Below are positions 23,897-35,260 of a stretch of 52,062 nt of DNA, piece after piece. The DNA comes from Prasinococcaceae sp. CCMP 1430 (taxonomy: Eukaryota > Plantae > Prasinodermophyta). The stretch spans positions 37,050 to 89,111 of the forward strand of contig RQSC01000013.1 in assembly GCA_013416795.1 (NCBI GenBank). Direction: 5' to 3'. Position numbers and translations under genes: made by a program. A model generated the notes under the pieces. That model was given only the letters and a program-made list of their open reading frames with translations. It made no database searches and was not told the DNA's origin. How positions within the stretch are numbered: position 1 is the stretch's first letter; every line of letters begins with the position of its first letter.

Positions 23897-25057
23897 TCAC
23901 CTGAGCGCGTCGTGCCCGAGGTGTAGCCCCAGCACATACCGCTCACCCGCGGTCACGGCGTGCTCGCCGTGCTCTGCGTCGCCCATGTGGAGCAGTGCAT
24001 CGCCGCGCGACAGTTGCGGGCAGTGCAGCGCGCCCGCGTCGCGGTTCATCAAGTAGCACCCGCCCCCGTCGAAGTCGGAGGGGTCACTGAGCAGCACGTT
24101 CACCGTCAGGCAGCACCTGTCGGTGTGCGGTGCCAGGCTCGCGCGATCGCCTGGTGCGTAGCGCCTCACGAAGGCGCCCCACAGCGGCAGCTCGCTTAGG
24201 TCCTCGCCGAACGCGTCCGCAGCCGCCACGCGTGCATCGGCGAGCGCTGCCGCAATCGTTGAGCCGCACGCGGGCCAGTGCGCTGCGTGACCCACCACTG
24301 GGAGACGCATGCGCGCGCGTTCGCGTCGGCCCAAGCCGAGCACGCGCGAGCGGACGTCAGCACGCAGACGTTCAGCACGCCGGCCATGCGAGCGCGGTTG
24401 CGCGCGCACGCGCGCGCGCGCTCGCGCCCGCATGTGCACACCTTCAAAGCTCGCGAAGGGCCCGCCGGCATTGTAGGACGCTGCGCACCACGCGCGCTGG
24501 CGGCACAGCGTGAGCTGGCAGCGCGGTTGGCCGTCAACCACGTTGATGCCTCCGCCCCCCCTGAGTTCGTCTGCGTGGCGCAAGGCCTCGATCAGCTCGG
24601 CGCAGCGCTGTGGCGGTACGAGGCCGCGCGCGACGGCCGCGCCCGACGCATGATCCTTGCTGACCCCTCCAGCGCGTAGCGGGCGGGCGGGCGGGGCACG
24701 GCTCGGGGGCAATCCCGACAGACCGCTCGCACGGAGCGCGGCGGCGACCTCGTTGCGCGGCCACGTGGCCGCATGCTCGCTCTCACGATGGCCGCCGATG
24801 GCGATTGGCGCCCACGCAAAGGCCTCCTCGGCGTCCTCACCCGTGAGCGCCTTCGTTTCCGTCTCGGCGAGCGCGTCGGCGGCTGCGGCGAGCGCGTCGA
24901 GCACCGGCCGCTGCGCGTGCCCCGCCGCCGCGAGCCGCAGCGCGTCAGCTCGCCAGTGGTGTGGCGGCGGGCGCCACGCCGCGCTGCGGCTGCGCGCGGC
25001 CGCGCGTTCGAATGACGAGCGCGCGACGCCGGGGAACGCACACAATTTGACGGGCAC
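23897..25057 (-). CDS. 2-oxoglutarate/Fe(II)-dependent dioxygenase (PLOD/P4H-like catalytic domain); intron 24298-24441; start uncertain
   Basis: FVRRYAPGDRASLAPHTD (HxD), LTVNVLL, DFDGGG and HGEHAVTAGERYVL; an in-frame 144-nt GT-AG intron. Confidence 0.8.
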   Translation of the reverse strand: MPVKLCAFPGVARSSFERAAARSRSAAWRPPPHHWRADALRLAAAGHAQRPVLDALAAAADALAETETKALTGEDAEEAFAWAPIAIGGHRESEHAATWPRNEVAAALRASGLSGLPPSRAPPARPLRAGGVSKDHASGAAVARGLVPPQRCAELIEALRHADELRGGGGINVVDGQPRCQLTLCRQRAWCAASYNAGGPFASFEGVHMRARARARVRAQPRSHGRRAERLRADVRSRVLGLGRRERARMRLPVVGHAAHWPACGSTIAAALADARVAAADAFGEDLSELPLWGAFVRRYAPGDRASLAPHTDRCCLTVNVLLSDPSDFDGGGCYLMNRDAGALHCPQLSRGDALLHMGDAEHGEHAVTAGERYVLGLHLGHDALR

Positions 25058-25080
25058 CGCGGCGCACCCGTGCCAAAACG

Positions 25081-25094
25081 TTAGGGTTAGGGTT
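25081..25094 (+). promoter_or_regulatory. Interstitial telomere-like repeat TTAGGGTTAGGGTT (telo-box-like)
   Basis: Two perfect TTAGGG units just upstream of the 2OG oxygenase. A regulatory role is inferred from plant telo-boxes. Confidence 0.45.
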
Positions 25095-25214
25095 CAGTCA
25101 CAACACTCGTGATCATGTGCATGTTACGGCGCCCTCCGGCTGGAGTGTGAAAACATTCGCTTCGCGCTCCTCTCCTGCCATCTGATGGTACAGTACATTC
25201 GAAGTCCTTGGCAG

Positions 25215-28200
25215 CTAGCTGGCTGCTGAAGTCGCGGCGTCCGTGGAGGGCTCGGCGCCTTTAGCGGCAACGGCGCCTTGCGCGAAGGGCCCATCGCCCT
25301 CGGTGTCGTTCGCCACGTCTGATTCGATTTGGTCCTGGCTGACGTAGCGACGCTGGGCGTCCGCCATCTTGGTCGGCGGCTGCGGCGGTCCGTAGTAGCA
25401 GTCGACGAGGAGCTGGCGTAGTTCTGAGACGAGCGGGTAGCGCGGGTTGGTCCCCGTGCATTGGTCATCGAACGCGCGCTCGGCCATCTCGTCGACCCTC
25501 GCGAGGAACGTCTCCTCATCCACGCCAGCGTCGCGGAGCGACCCAGGCACGCCGACGTCGGCCTTGAGCGCCTCGATGGCGCCGATCAGCGCGAAGACGA
25601 GGGCCTGCTCGTCGGTTGGCCCGTCCTCCGTCGCGAGGCCGAGCTGCGTGGCCAACTGCGCGTATCGGTGCGTGGCCACGGGGTGCGTGTACTGCGAGAA
25701 GACCGCCATCCGCGTCGGCGAATCGGTGGCGTTATAGTGAATGACGTGGCTAATCACCATGGCGCACGCTTGGCCGTGAGGAATGTGGAAGGCCGCGCCG
25801 AGCTGGTGTGCGAGGCTGTGCGCAATTCCCAAGAAGGCGTTCCCGAAGGCCATGCCGGCGATGGAAGCTGCCCGATGGCACGCGGCGCGGTGGGTGAAAT
25901 GGCCCGTGTGCACGCTCAGCGGCAGGTGCTCCATGATGCCCCGCGCGGCCTTGAGCGAGAGTGGCACCGTGAAGTCACTCGCGTACACCGACACGAGCGA
26001 CTCGAGCGCGTGCGTGAGAGCGTCCAAGCCAGTGTTGGCTGCGAGCCCGCGCGGGGCAGACAGGGCGAGCTGGGGATCGACCACGGCGCAATCGGGCAAC
26101 AGCTTGTAAGACGTGATCGGGTACTTGACGCCATCCTCGTCCGTAATCACGGCGAAGGGCGTCATCTCGGCGCCCGTCCCGCTCGTCGTTGGAATCAACA
26201 CGAGAGTCCGCACACGCGACCCCACCTTCGGGAAGGGGCACACGCGCTGGCGGATCTCGATGAAGCGCATGCTCATCTGGGCGATGGTGAGCTCGGGGTG
26301 CTCGTGCATGATGCGCATGATCTTGGCCGCGTCCAGGACCGAGCCGCCTCCGAGACCCACGACAACGTCCGGATTGAAGCGCTCCATCACGCGGACGCCC
26401 TCGCGTATCGTCGCGACGTCCGGATCGGGTGCGATGTCTGAGAAGATGGCCGTCTGCATTCCCATGTTCTTGAGCTGAGCAACGACGGGGTCGACCAGCC
26501 CTATGTCGCACATGATGGGGTCGGTGACGACCAGCACGCGGCTGTTCTTCCAGCCGAGCGGCGACGAGCTGGCGAGGTCCTTGAGCGCCTCACCGGTGCA
26601 GTGTCGGTTGAAATACACGGACGGCGGCACCTTGAACCATCTGCAAGAGGGAACGGGGAAAGGGGGGGAGGGGGGAACGGAGGGGAGGAGCGAGAAGCGG
26701 CGCAGCGCATGAGGTCAGCGCGGCTCGCAGCACACCCCTCTTCAGCGCGTGGCGGCAGCCATGACAGACAAGGCACGGGCGGCGTCGGGCGCGCGACGGC
26801 TCCTGGGAGCCACTCACTCGATGTGCTCGCGGCGCTCGGCGGTGTGCTTGTAGTTGAGCAAGGCAAGAGGGCCCATGTTCATCGAGCTGGTGGAGCCTGC
26901 GACGGTGCCGGTGCCAAGGGTGAGACTCGGCTCTAGTGCCATGTTGTACGGCCCACCGATGGCACCTAGCGAGCTGGGCGTGTTGACGAGGTTGTGCATG
27001 CACACGGACCCCAGCTGGAACTGGTCGATCCGCTCCTTGTTGTCCGGGTCCGTGTGAAGCGCGCACGTATGGCCAAGGCCGCCGTTCATCGCGAGCTCGC
27101 GCTGGATGCGCAGGGCATCATCGAAGTTGCCTGCCTTGTACAGGGCCATGATGGGGCAGAGCTTCTCGTAGCTAAAGGGTTCGGAAGGGCCAATCTCTTC
27201 TGCGTCGACTGCCAGGACCACGCACGTGTCGGGCGCGTAGATGTCCGCCATGGCTGCAATGTCCTTGGCGCTCTTGCCGACGACCTCGGTATTGAGCCTC
27301 CCGCCGGGGTAAAACGTGTCTGCGAGGCGCTTGCGCTCGGCGGGGTCGACGACGAAGTGCACGCCGCGTCTCTCGAAACGCTTGCGCACCTCTTCTGCGA
27401 CGCTCTGGACGACGACTGTGGCCTGCTCGGTTGCGCAGATCACGCCGTTGTCGAAGGTCTTGCCCGTCACGATGAGCGAACACGCGGCGTCGAGGTCTGC
27501 GGTCTCGTCGACGATGGCCGCGCAGTTGCCGGCGCCGACGCTCACGGCCGGCTTGCCGACCGCGAGCGCCGCCTTGACCATTTTGTTGCCACCCGTGGCG
27601 ATGATGAACTTGACGGCCTCTGCCCGCATGACGTAATCGCTCAGCGCGATGTCGCGCGGGTGCACGCACTGCACGCACCCCGGCGGCGCCCCCGCGGCCT
27701 CTGCCGCCGCCGCCAGCAGGCGCACCGCGTACCACGACACGCGGGCCGCGCGCGGGTGCGGCAGGAAGATGATGGTGTTGCGCGTCTTCATCGCGTTGAT
27801 GACGTCGAAGATGACGGTCGACGTCGGGTTGGTCACCGGCACGAGCGAGGCGATGGGTCCCACGGGGTACGCTGTCTTCGACACGCCGGTCGCCTCGCCG
27901 GCATCGATGATCCCCACGGTCTTCGTGTCCCTGTGCTTCGCGAGCACGTACTCCGCCGCGAAGTGGTTCTTGACGACCTTGTCCTCCATGAGCCCCATCT
28001 GCGTCTCGTCCACCGCGAGCCGCGCGAGCTCCACGCGGCGAGTGTTCGCCTCGGCAGCCACAGCGTGCGCGATGCTGTCGACCTCCTCCTGCCCGAGCTC
28101 CAGGAAGGCCTCCTGCGCAGCCGCGAGCGAGCGCATCGCCTCGTCTGCGGCGGGCTCATCGCCCACGGGGCACAGCGGCAGGTCTGCGACGCGGACGAAG

Positions 28201-28481
28201 CTCGTGCTCGACGAGCCGTACGTCTTTGCGCCCTCAGTGCTCAAGTGCGAGTCGCCGCCACCAGACGCGCCTGCGGCGTGCAGACGGCCGTTCCGCTCGG
28301 GCTCGGAGCTGTTGCTGCTCCCACCACCACCGGGCGCCTGCTCGGAGGCGGCGGCGAGCGCGCGGCGCGCGCGGCTTCGCCGCCTCCCCCTTGCCGCGTC
28401 GGCGGCGCGTCGCGCGCGCGTCGCGGGCGGTGTGGCGCCGCGGCGAGTCCTGTGGGACTCGGCCGCAGCGCAGCACACCAT
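25215..28481 (-). CDS. adhE: Bifunctional acetaldehyde-CoA/alcohol dehydrogenase AdhE (exons ~28481-26818 and 26640-25215), putative transit peptide
   Basis: ALDH half has VPVTNPTST, GAGN, FDNGVICATEQ and LTLGTG. Fe-ADH half has GGGSVLDAAK, IPTTSGTGAE, DALTHALES and HSLAHQLG. The intron at 26641-26817 restores the linker ERREHIE/WFKVPPSVYF. Confidence 0.95.
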
Positions 28482-29600
28482 GCCTTGGGTGCTGCCGACA
28501 ACGTGTTGCGTCCAATTCACCCATAGGGCGAAGCGGCGTTGAGCATGGTGCAGATATTTTTCGCGGCGAATTCACCATCCGCGCGAGGGACCCCTCCCCG
28601 CAGCGCAGCTCTTCGGTCGGTAGGGGCCACTCCTCGCAGGTGGTCGGACTGTCAAATGTGGCGGGTGATGATCAGCCGGTGATTCGGCAGTGAATCCCTC
28701 CACCGCCAACCCCAATCCAGGCCCGGATCACCGGCCGGCCGGCCCGCCCGGCGGGCGGGGGGGACTCTGCCTCTCCGCCTCTGCCGTTGCCGGTGCCGGT
28801 GCCGGCGCCGTGCGTGAGCGCGCGCGGCGCGAGTTCATCTCCGGGCTGCGCTGGGCGGGCGGAAGCGCGCCGCATCGCACCGGTTCCGGTTCCGGGTCTG
28901 GTGTCTGGTGTCGACATCATCGCCGCTGCTGGATGAGCGGGCGCCCTCCCCCTCTCTCCTGTCCATGCTGGGTTCGGTCGGATGGTACGGTGCGCGGCCG
29001 CGGGCGTTCGCTCGCTCTCGCCGTCTGTCTGTTGGCTCTTTCCCTTTCCGTGTGGGCTGCGTGCGTGCACGGCGGGGTGGGCTGTGCCGCGATGGGCTTT
29101 CGCATCGCCACCGCCGGCGCCGCCGCGGCGCTCGCGCGCGCGCGGGGCGCAGCTGTTGCAGCGCCCTCCGCGGGCGCGCCTCGAACGGGCGGCACCGGAG
29201 TGCGCGAGGGCGCACAGCGCCGCAGTGCGCCCCGGTGGGGGCAGGCGTGCGCTCGGCGCCGCGGCCTGCCTCCTCGTGCAAAGGGTGCGCTCTGTTTACG
29301 GCCCCGTGCCGCCTGCCCCCTCCCAACCCCAACCCAACCCCCGCGCAGCTCGGCTTGCGCTGCCGCGTGCGTGACCTCCGCCGCAGGGCAGCGAGCGCGC
29401 CGCTTTTTGCGCCGCGCGCTCTGTTTCGAAATGGGATTCGATGGGGGGGCCTAGGTCGCGCGCGGGCCTGCCCCGCGCGGCGGCTCGGTGCCCGGCGGCG
29501 CGCACGCGGACCTGCGTCGCGCGCACCTCGTGACGCCGCCGAGTGCATGCTGACGCCGCAGAGCAATGCCCCCGCTCCGCCTCGACTCGCGCGCGCGCAG

Positions 29601-30279
29601 GAGACGCAGCGGCTGCTGAGCGAGCCCGAGGAGGGCATCACCGCGGCACCGGCGGAGGACAACCTCCGCCACTTCAGGGTAATACTCGAGGGCCCCAAGA
29701 CCTCGCCGTATGAGGGTGCGCCGCGCGCCTGCGCGGCGTGCGTGCTCACGTGCGCCGCGCCGCGCTGCCGCGTGCCACTGCGGCCGCAGAGCGCTTTTTA
29801 CGAGTCTCCGCTGACGCCAGCGCTGCTCGCGACGCGCCCCGTTGACCCTTCATGCACCCACCCCACCCACCGCCACCATGCCGGCGTGCTGCGGTGGTCG
29901 CCACCCTCCGCCGTGCGCGCAATCACGGCCTGCGCGCACCCTCTCTCTCGTCCGTTCGCGCACTGCAGGTGGCAAGTTCAAGCTCGAACTCTTCCTTCCG
30001 GAGGAGTACCCGATGGCGCCGCCCAAAGTGCGCTTCCTCACGAAGATCTACCACCCCAACATTGACAAGCTCGGGCGCATCTGCCTCGACATTCTCAAGG
30101 ACAAGTGGTCGCCTGCGCTGCAGATCCGCACGGTGCTGCTGAGCGTGCAGGGGCTGCTGAGCACGCCCAACCCGGACGACCCTCTGGCGGAGTACGTGGC
30201 CAAGCATTGGAAGGAGGACGAGGACGGCGCTATTAAGGAGGCGAAGGAGTGGACCGCGAAATACGCGATGGGCGGGTGA
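29601..30279 (+). CDS. UBC13: Ubiquitin-conjugating enzyme E2 UBC13/UBE2N (exons 29601-29715 and 29969-30279); first exon not found
   Basis: [72 protein letters not shown]. Confidence 0.93.
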
Positions 30280-30527
30280 GCGCACCAGTCCGCACCACGC
30301 GCCAGCAGCGCGCTGCGCCCGCTCCCGCGCGTTCGCGCGGCGATCGACTGGGCGCGCCACTGCCGCCGCCGCACGTTCGCATAAATAAATATCTCTGGCA
30401 GCTGCCGTCGCCGCGCGCCGCGCCAAGAGCCGCGCCGCGCCGCGCGCGCCTCTGCGCCCGCACGCGGCCCGTCCTGCTCAAGTCAAAACCGCCAATGTAC
30501 AATCGCGCCAATGCTGTCGCCACGCCC

Positions 30528-32045
30528 CTACTCGATGGTAAGCTCCGAGCGCAGCGAGGGGTTGCCGTACTGCACGCCCGTCCGCCAGCGGCGGTAGCGC
30601 ACGCCGAGCTTGTCGTAGGCCACGGGGTTGGACCACACGTCCATGCCGGCCTTCATGTTGCGCTGCTGGCCCTCCACGAGCACGAGGTCCTCGCCGAGCA
30701 CCTGGTTCGCGAGCTCCTTCCAAAACTCCGACACGAAGGGCAGGTTCTTGGCGAACTTGGCGAAGTCGAGGCTCATGCGGTAGAGCAGGCGCGTCTCGCC
30801 GTCCTTGGCGGGCAGGCACACGTGCAGCTGGTGCAAGTGGCGGTCGCAGTCCGAGGCCCTGGTTTCGGCCTCCACTTGGCCGGGCTTGACCAGCCCGATC
30901 TGCGAGAGCACCATGCACGGCGGCTGAAAGGTCATGTCGATGGGGTAGGGCTGCCACTCGCCGCCGAGGCCGCCGATCTGCTGCGCGACGGCGTTCTTCA
31001 CGGTCTTGAAGTCCACGCGATCGGGCACCGACCAGCCCTTGGCGAAGGTGCTCGTGTGCGTGAAAGGAGCGTGCGCGAGGTCGAGCAGGTTCTCCATCAG
31101 CAGCCCGTGCTCCACAGGCACGGTCAGCACGATCTCCGCGTGGATGGTGAACTCGTCGCCCGGCGGCGCCAGCGCGGTGAAGTTCTGGTGGTCCTCGGGC
31201 GGGTCCTTCTCGCCGGGGTACACCCAGATCATGCCGTCGCGCTCCACGACCGGGAGGGCCTCCACGCGGATGTTCTTCAGCTCGTTGGTGGACGGCGTCT
31301 TGGTGCACTTGCCGTCCGTTTGGAACTCCCAGCCGTGGTAGGGGCACTGCACCTTGCCGCCCACGTTCTTCCCGAGCGAGAGCGGGCACGCGCGGTGCGC
31401 GCACGAGTCGCGCACGCAGCCGGCGACCCCGTTCGCGTCGCGGAAGAGCACCCACGGCTCGCCGAAGAGCTCCAGCGGCACGAGGGTGTCGTCCGTCAGC
31501 GTCGAGGAGAAGTCCACCGGGTACCAGAACTCGCGCAGCGCCCCGCCAGTCTGGCGCGCCTCGAGCGGCTCGCGCGCCGGCCTCTGGTCGTCGAACCCCT
31601 CCCCCCCGTGCTGGTCTATCCTAACCCCACCGATGTCGCTGTCGCTGCTGCTGCTGTCGCTCGCGCCCCCCGCGGCGCGCTCCAGCGTGCTCGTGTCGCC
31701 GAGGGTCGTCGCGGCGCGCACCGCGCTCTCCATGTCGGCGAGGCGGCTCTGCGTCTGGCGCAGGCGCGCCTCTGAGAGGTGCACGCGCTCGTGCGCAGCG
31801 CGCAGCTCCTCGCGCAGATCGCTCAGCTCGCCGCGCACGTCGGCGACGGACTTGCCCTCGCGCGCCGTCGGGTTGAGCGTCTCCACCACGCTGCTGTGCA
31901 GCGCCGTCACGCTGCGCGAGGCGCCCACGAAAGCGTCGCGATGGGGGGTATCCGCGCGGCAGCTGCCGTCAGCGCGCGCGCGGAGCGCACGGGGGCGCGG
32001 GGAGCGCAGGGGGGAGCGCAGGCGCCGCGAGCGCCGCGCGCACGC
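30528..32045 (-). CDS. CAO: Chlorophyllide a oxygenase, single-chain; 5' end uncertain at the N join
   Basis: LREFWYPV, Rieske motif DSCAHRACPLS..CPYHGW, mononuclear Fe motif ENLLDLAHAPFTH, WQPYPIDM and YDKLGVRYRRWR, plus an N-terminal coiled coil. Confidence 0.95.
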   Translation of the reverse strand, partial: ACARRSRRLRSPLRSPRPRALRARADGSCRADTPHRDAFVGASRSVTALHSSVVETLNPTAREGKSVADVRGELSDLREELRAAHERVHLSEARLRQTQSRLADMESAVRAATTLGDTSTLERAAGGASDSSSSDSDIGGVRIDQHGGEGFDDQRPAREPLEARQTGGALREFWYPVDFSSTLTDDTLVPLELFGEPWVLFRDANGVAGCVRDSCAHRACPLSLGKNVGGKVQCPYHGWEFQTDGKCTKTPSTNELKNIRVEALPVVERDGMIWVYPGEKDPPEDHQNFTALAPPGDEFTIHAEIVLTVPVEHGLLMENLLDLAHAPFTHTSTFAKGWSVPDRVDFKTVKNAVAQQIGGLGGEWQPYPIDMTFQPPCMVLSQIGLVKPGQVEAETRASDCDRHLHQLHVCLPAKDGETRLLYRMSLDFAKFAKNLPFVSEFWKELANQVLGEDLVLVEGQQRNMKAGMDVWSNPVAYDKLGVRYRRWRTGVQYGNPSLRSELTIE

Positions 32046-32046
32046 N

Positions 32047-33325
32047 CCGACGCGCACTGACTGAGGCAGAGGCAGAGGCGCGAGTGCAGGGGGCGATGCT
32101 GATGAGGAATCCACGCCGTATTCCATGGAACCCTCAATATCAAAAGACGTTGGCGCAACAGACAGAGACAGGCAGCGAGGCAGGCGGGGAGGGAGGATGT
32201 GCTCGTGCTCGCGACTGGGCGGTGGTGTTTGTCGTTGTTTGTTCTGTCCGTCCGTGGCGCCCATCCGCGGCCTGTTTGTGCCATGATGGATGGGATGGAT
32301 GGCTGCGGCGGCGGCGCGCGTGGCGCACGCGGGTTCGCCACACGCGCCACCGCTCAAATCTAGCATCAGTCGGTCAGATGAGGTTGGATGGGTGGGTGGG
32401 TGGGTTGAGGGGTGACCGGCCGGTCGCGCGCGCACATCATCACGACATCCGTCTGTCTATCTATCTGTCTGGCAGTGGGCGAAGGGAGGGGGTATGGCAT
32501 GTTCGGCCACGACTCGTTGTTGGATCGCGCGCTCCCTTTGCGCTCGCGCCGCCCCTCACTCAGTCAGCCTTCGGTCGGTCGGCCCACCTCTCGCATTGCC
32601 CAGCCAGCCATCCACAGCGGGGCCCTCTGCCAGACCAGCCGCTGCCGGTCCGGCTCATCAGCGCCGCGATTTCGGCGGCACGCGGGCGCCGCGCCGCCGA
32701 AATCGCGGCGCTGATGAGCCGGACCGGCAGCGGCTGGTCTGGCAGAGGGCCCCGCTGTGGATGGCTGGCTGGGCAATGCGAGAGGTGGGCCGACCGACCG
32801 AAGGCTGACTGAGTGAGGGGCGGCGCGAGCGCAAAGGGAGCGCGCGATCCAACAACGAGTCGTGGCCGAACATGCCATACCCCCTCCCTTCGCCCACTGC
32901 CAGACAGATAGATAGACAGACGGATGTCGTGATGATGTGCGCGCGCGACCGGCCGGTCACCCCTCAACCCACCCACCCACCCATCCAACCTCATCTGACC
33001 GACTGATGCTAGATTTGAGCGGTGGCGCGTGTGGCGAACCCGCGTGCGCCACGCGCGCCGCCGCCGCAGCCATCCATCCCATCCATCATGGCACAAACAG
33101 GCCGCGGATGGGCGCCACGGACGGACAGAACAAACAACGACAAACACCACCGCCCAGTCGCGAGCACGAGCACATCCTCCCTCCCCGCCTGCCTCGCTGC
33201 CTGTCTCTGTCTGTTGCGCCAACGTCTTTTGATATTGAGGGTTCCATGGAATACGGCGTGGATTCCTCATCAGCATCGCCCCCTGCACTCGCGCCTCTGC
33301 CTCTGCCTCAGTCAGTGCGCGTCGG
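32047..33325. repeat. Long inverted repeat: arms 32047-32679 and 32693-33325 (633 bp each) with a 13-nt spacer
   Basis: Mirror coordinates sum to 65372 at both inner and outer boundaries. ORFs 32084+ and 33288- translate identically except across the spacer. Confidence 0.95.
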
Positions 33326-33475
33326 TGAAAAATCCCGCGCGCGCGCCCAAACCCGAAACAGAAGGACGGATGGACGGCCGGCGCGCCGCGCGCGCGCGCG
33401 CACAGCGCTCGCGGCGCGTTGGCAAGGGATTTTTGTCGTGCTCGCGGGCGCGGGTGCGGGCGCGGGCGCGGCGCN

Positions 33476-34580
33476 CGTTGGTCAGGAAGCCACGCTCGTC
33501 CAGTGTGCCCGCGAGCGCGACTAAACGGCCGCGCTGGACGAAGTACATGCTATTGCCGCGAGCACCCTGGTGCACGATGACGTCATTCGGTGGGTGCACC
33601 TGTGGGCGCAACAGCGACGAGATGGCGACCAGCCATGCCTCGCCATTGACGGGGTCCGCAGCCACCTCGGTGAAGAGGCTGACATTTTCGAGGGCCCCGC
33701 GCAATGTCTCAGAAGCGTGCGCCCACACGCCCTTCATGAGCGTCTGTGGCAAGCTGCTCAGCAGCTGCCGCTCACCGTGCACGTCCGACATGGCGTTGCG
33801 CCTGAACGCGTAAAATTCGTTGATGCGCATGCGCAGGTCGCGTGTCGCGCTGTAGTGTGTGAGCAGCTCCTGCACATTATCCAGGTGTCGTTCTCGCCAA
33901 ACAGAGGCGATGTTGTTGTTGGCGATCATGTCGCACACCTGTAGCACGAAGTAGAAGTACGCTAGGCTGCCGAACAGCATCGTGCCAGCGCAATATGCCT
34001 GCTCCACCCCCGTGGTCGCGCTGATATTGCCGTAGCCCGTGGTGGACATGGTCATGACGCTCCAATAGAGCGCAGTGATGTACTGCGTGGTGCGTGAGGC
34101 CTCGCACAGTGGCTCACCGCGCGCGAATTGGGTCGACACCCACGAGCCGTCGCACAGCCCATCCTGCTCGCCGATGTACCAGAATACACACGCATTGATG
34201 TGCGCCGCCACCAGCATCAGCGCGGCAAAACGAACGATCAGGCGAAAGCTCGAGCGCGCGCTTAGCCACCAGCCGCTCGCAATGTCGCCGAGGTGGTCTG
34301 AGGACGACATGCTCACGCGAACTATCCGCAGCAGGCGGATGAGCTTAGCCTCCGCAAAGCCCTCGGCGTCACTGACAGCGGGATTCATGGCCTGTAAAGT
34401 GTCGAAAGGGAAGGCAATCAGCACGTCCATGAAGAGCCATGTGCGCGTATACATCCGCGCGACATGCGCAGGATCGAGGTCGACCTCGCCATCGGCGTCA
34501 ATGACACCCGTGGCGAAATTGAAGGGCACCTCGAGAACAAAAATCACGTCGATCAACACATAGAGTGCCAGCTCTGCTGG
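33476..34580 (-). CDS. Cyclic-nucleotide-binding-domain cation/K+ channel fragment (S2-S6, C-linker, CNBD start)
   Basis: DPAHVARMYTRTWLFMD (S2-S3), KLIRLLRIVR (S4), YITALYWSVMTMSTTGYGN (pore) and PPNDVIVHQGARGNSMYFVQRG (CNBD). Ends at the N join; S1 not found. Confidence 0.88.
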
Positions 34581-34635
34581 GGTCGGCGAGTGCGCGCCCA
34601 TTTGAGGTACACCCCTTCCTTCAGGGTCTGATAGT

Positions 34636-35260
34636 ATGCTCGCAATCCATCCGGTGCGGCCGCGTCGGCGCGCGCGTCGCGGGGTCGCGGTTGCGGTTTC
34701 GCTCGAGCACAAAAAAACGGCAGCCGAAATCAAAAATTGCCGCGAGCGCGCGGCGGCGGCGTCGCGCAGCGCGATCGACGCCGCCGTGGGTGCGCTGCAG
34801 ACGGAGCTCGCCTCGCTCCGCCGCGAGTCGCACGACGCCACCTCGGTGCTCGCGCGCGACGCGGCGGTGCTCTCCAACGAGATGAACGCCGTCAAGGCGA
34901 CCACCACCGTGCTCAACGAGCGCACGCGGCCGCCCGCCACTGGGGTGGTCCAGCACATGCCGATGACGCCCGCGGGGATGGGCGTGGCGCCGGTCCCACC
35001 GCCGCTGGGAGAGGGCATCACGGCCGAGGCCGCGAGGGAGGCGGCGGCGGCGGCGGCGACGGCGGCCGCTCGCGCCTCCACACAGGCGCTGGGCCGGCGC
35101 GTCGACATGCTGGCGAGCTCGCACGAGCGCCACGCGGCCTCCGTGGAGGACATCATGCAGAAGCTCGTGGCGGACGCCGCCATGCTGGCGCGCACGCAGC
35201 GAGTGCACGAGGCTGCCATCGTGGGGCTCAAGAGGATCGTCGCGGGGCGAGACGGCCCAG
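34636..35260 (+). CDS. Unknown coiled-coil protein exon
   Basis: Coding-like GC3 bias and heptad-like segments (LQTELASLRRE, LSNEMNAVK), ending at a GTGAG donor near 35261. No family recognised. Confidence 0.45.

Noticed and set aside
29092-29199. Transit-peptide-like exon (MGFRIATAGAAAALARAR..) that could splice in frame to UBC13
   Set aside because: UBC13 normally begins M..LPRRIIK; a join cannot be supported without cDNA and may reflect misassembly.
32924-33004. Box C/D snoRNA-like layout (GTCG-TGATGA...CTGA-CCGAC) in the palindrome arm
   Set aside because: The interior is low-complexity (CCCA repeats) and I recognise no rRNA-complementary guide; an Infernal/snoScan search would be needed.
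33328-33434. 9-bp inverted repeat AAAAATCCC/GGGATTTTT resembling a MITE
   Set aside because: Too short, no target-site duplication, and no second copy in the window.
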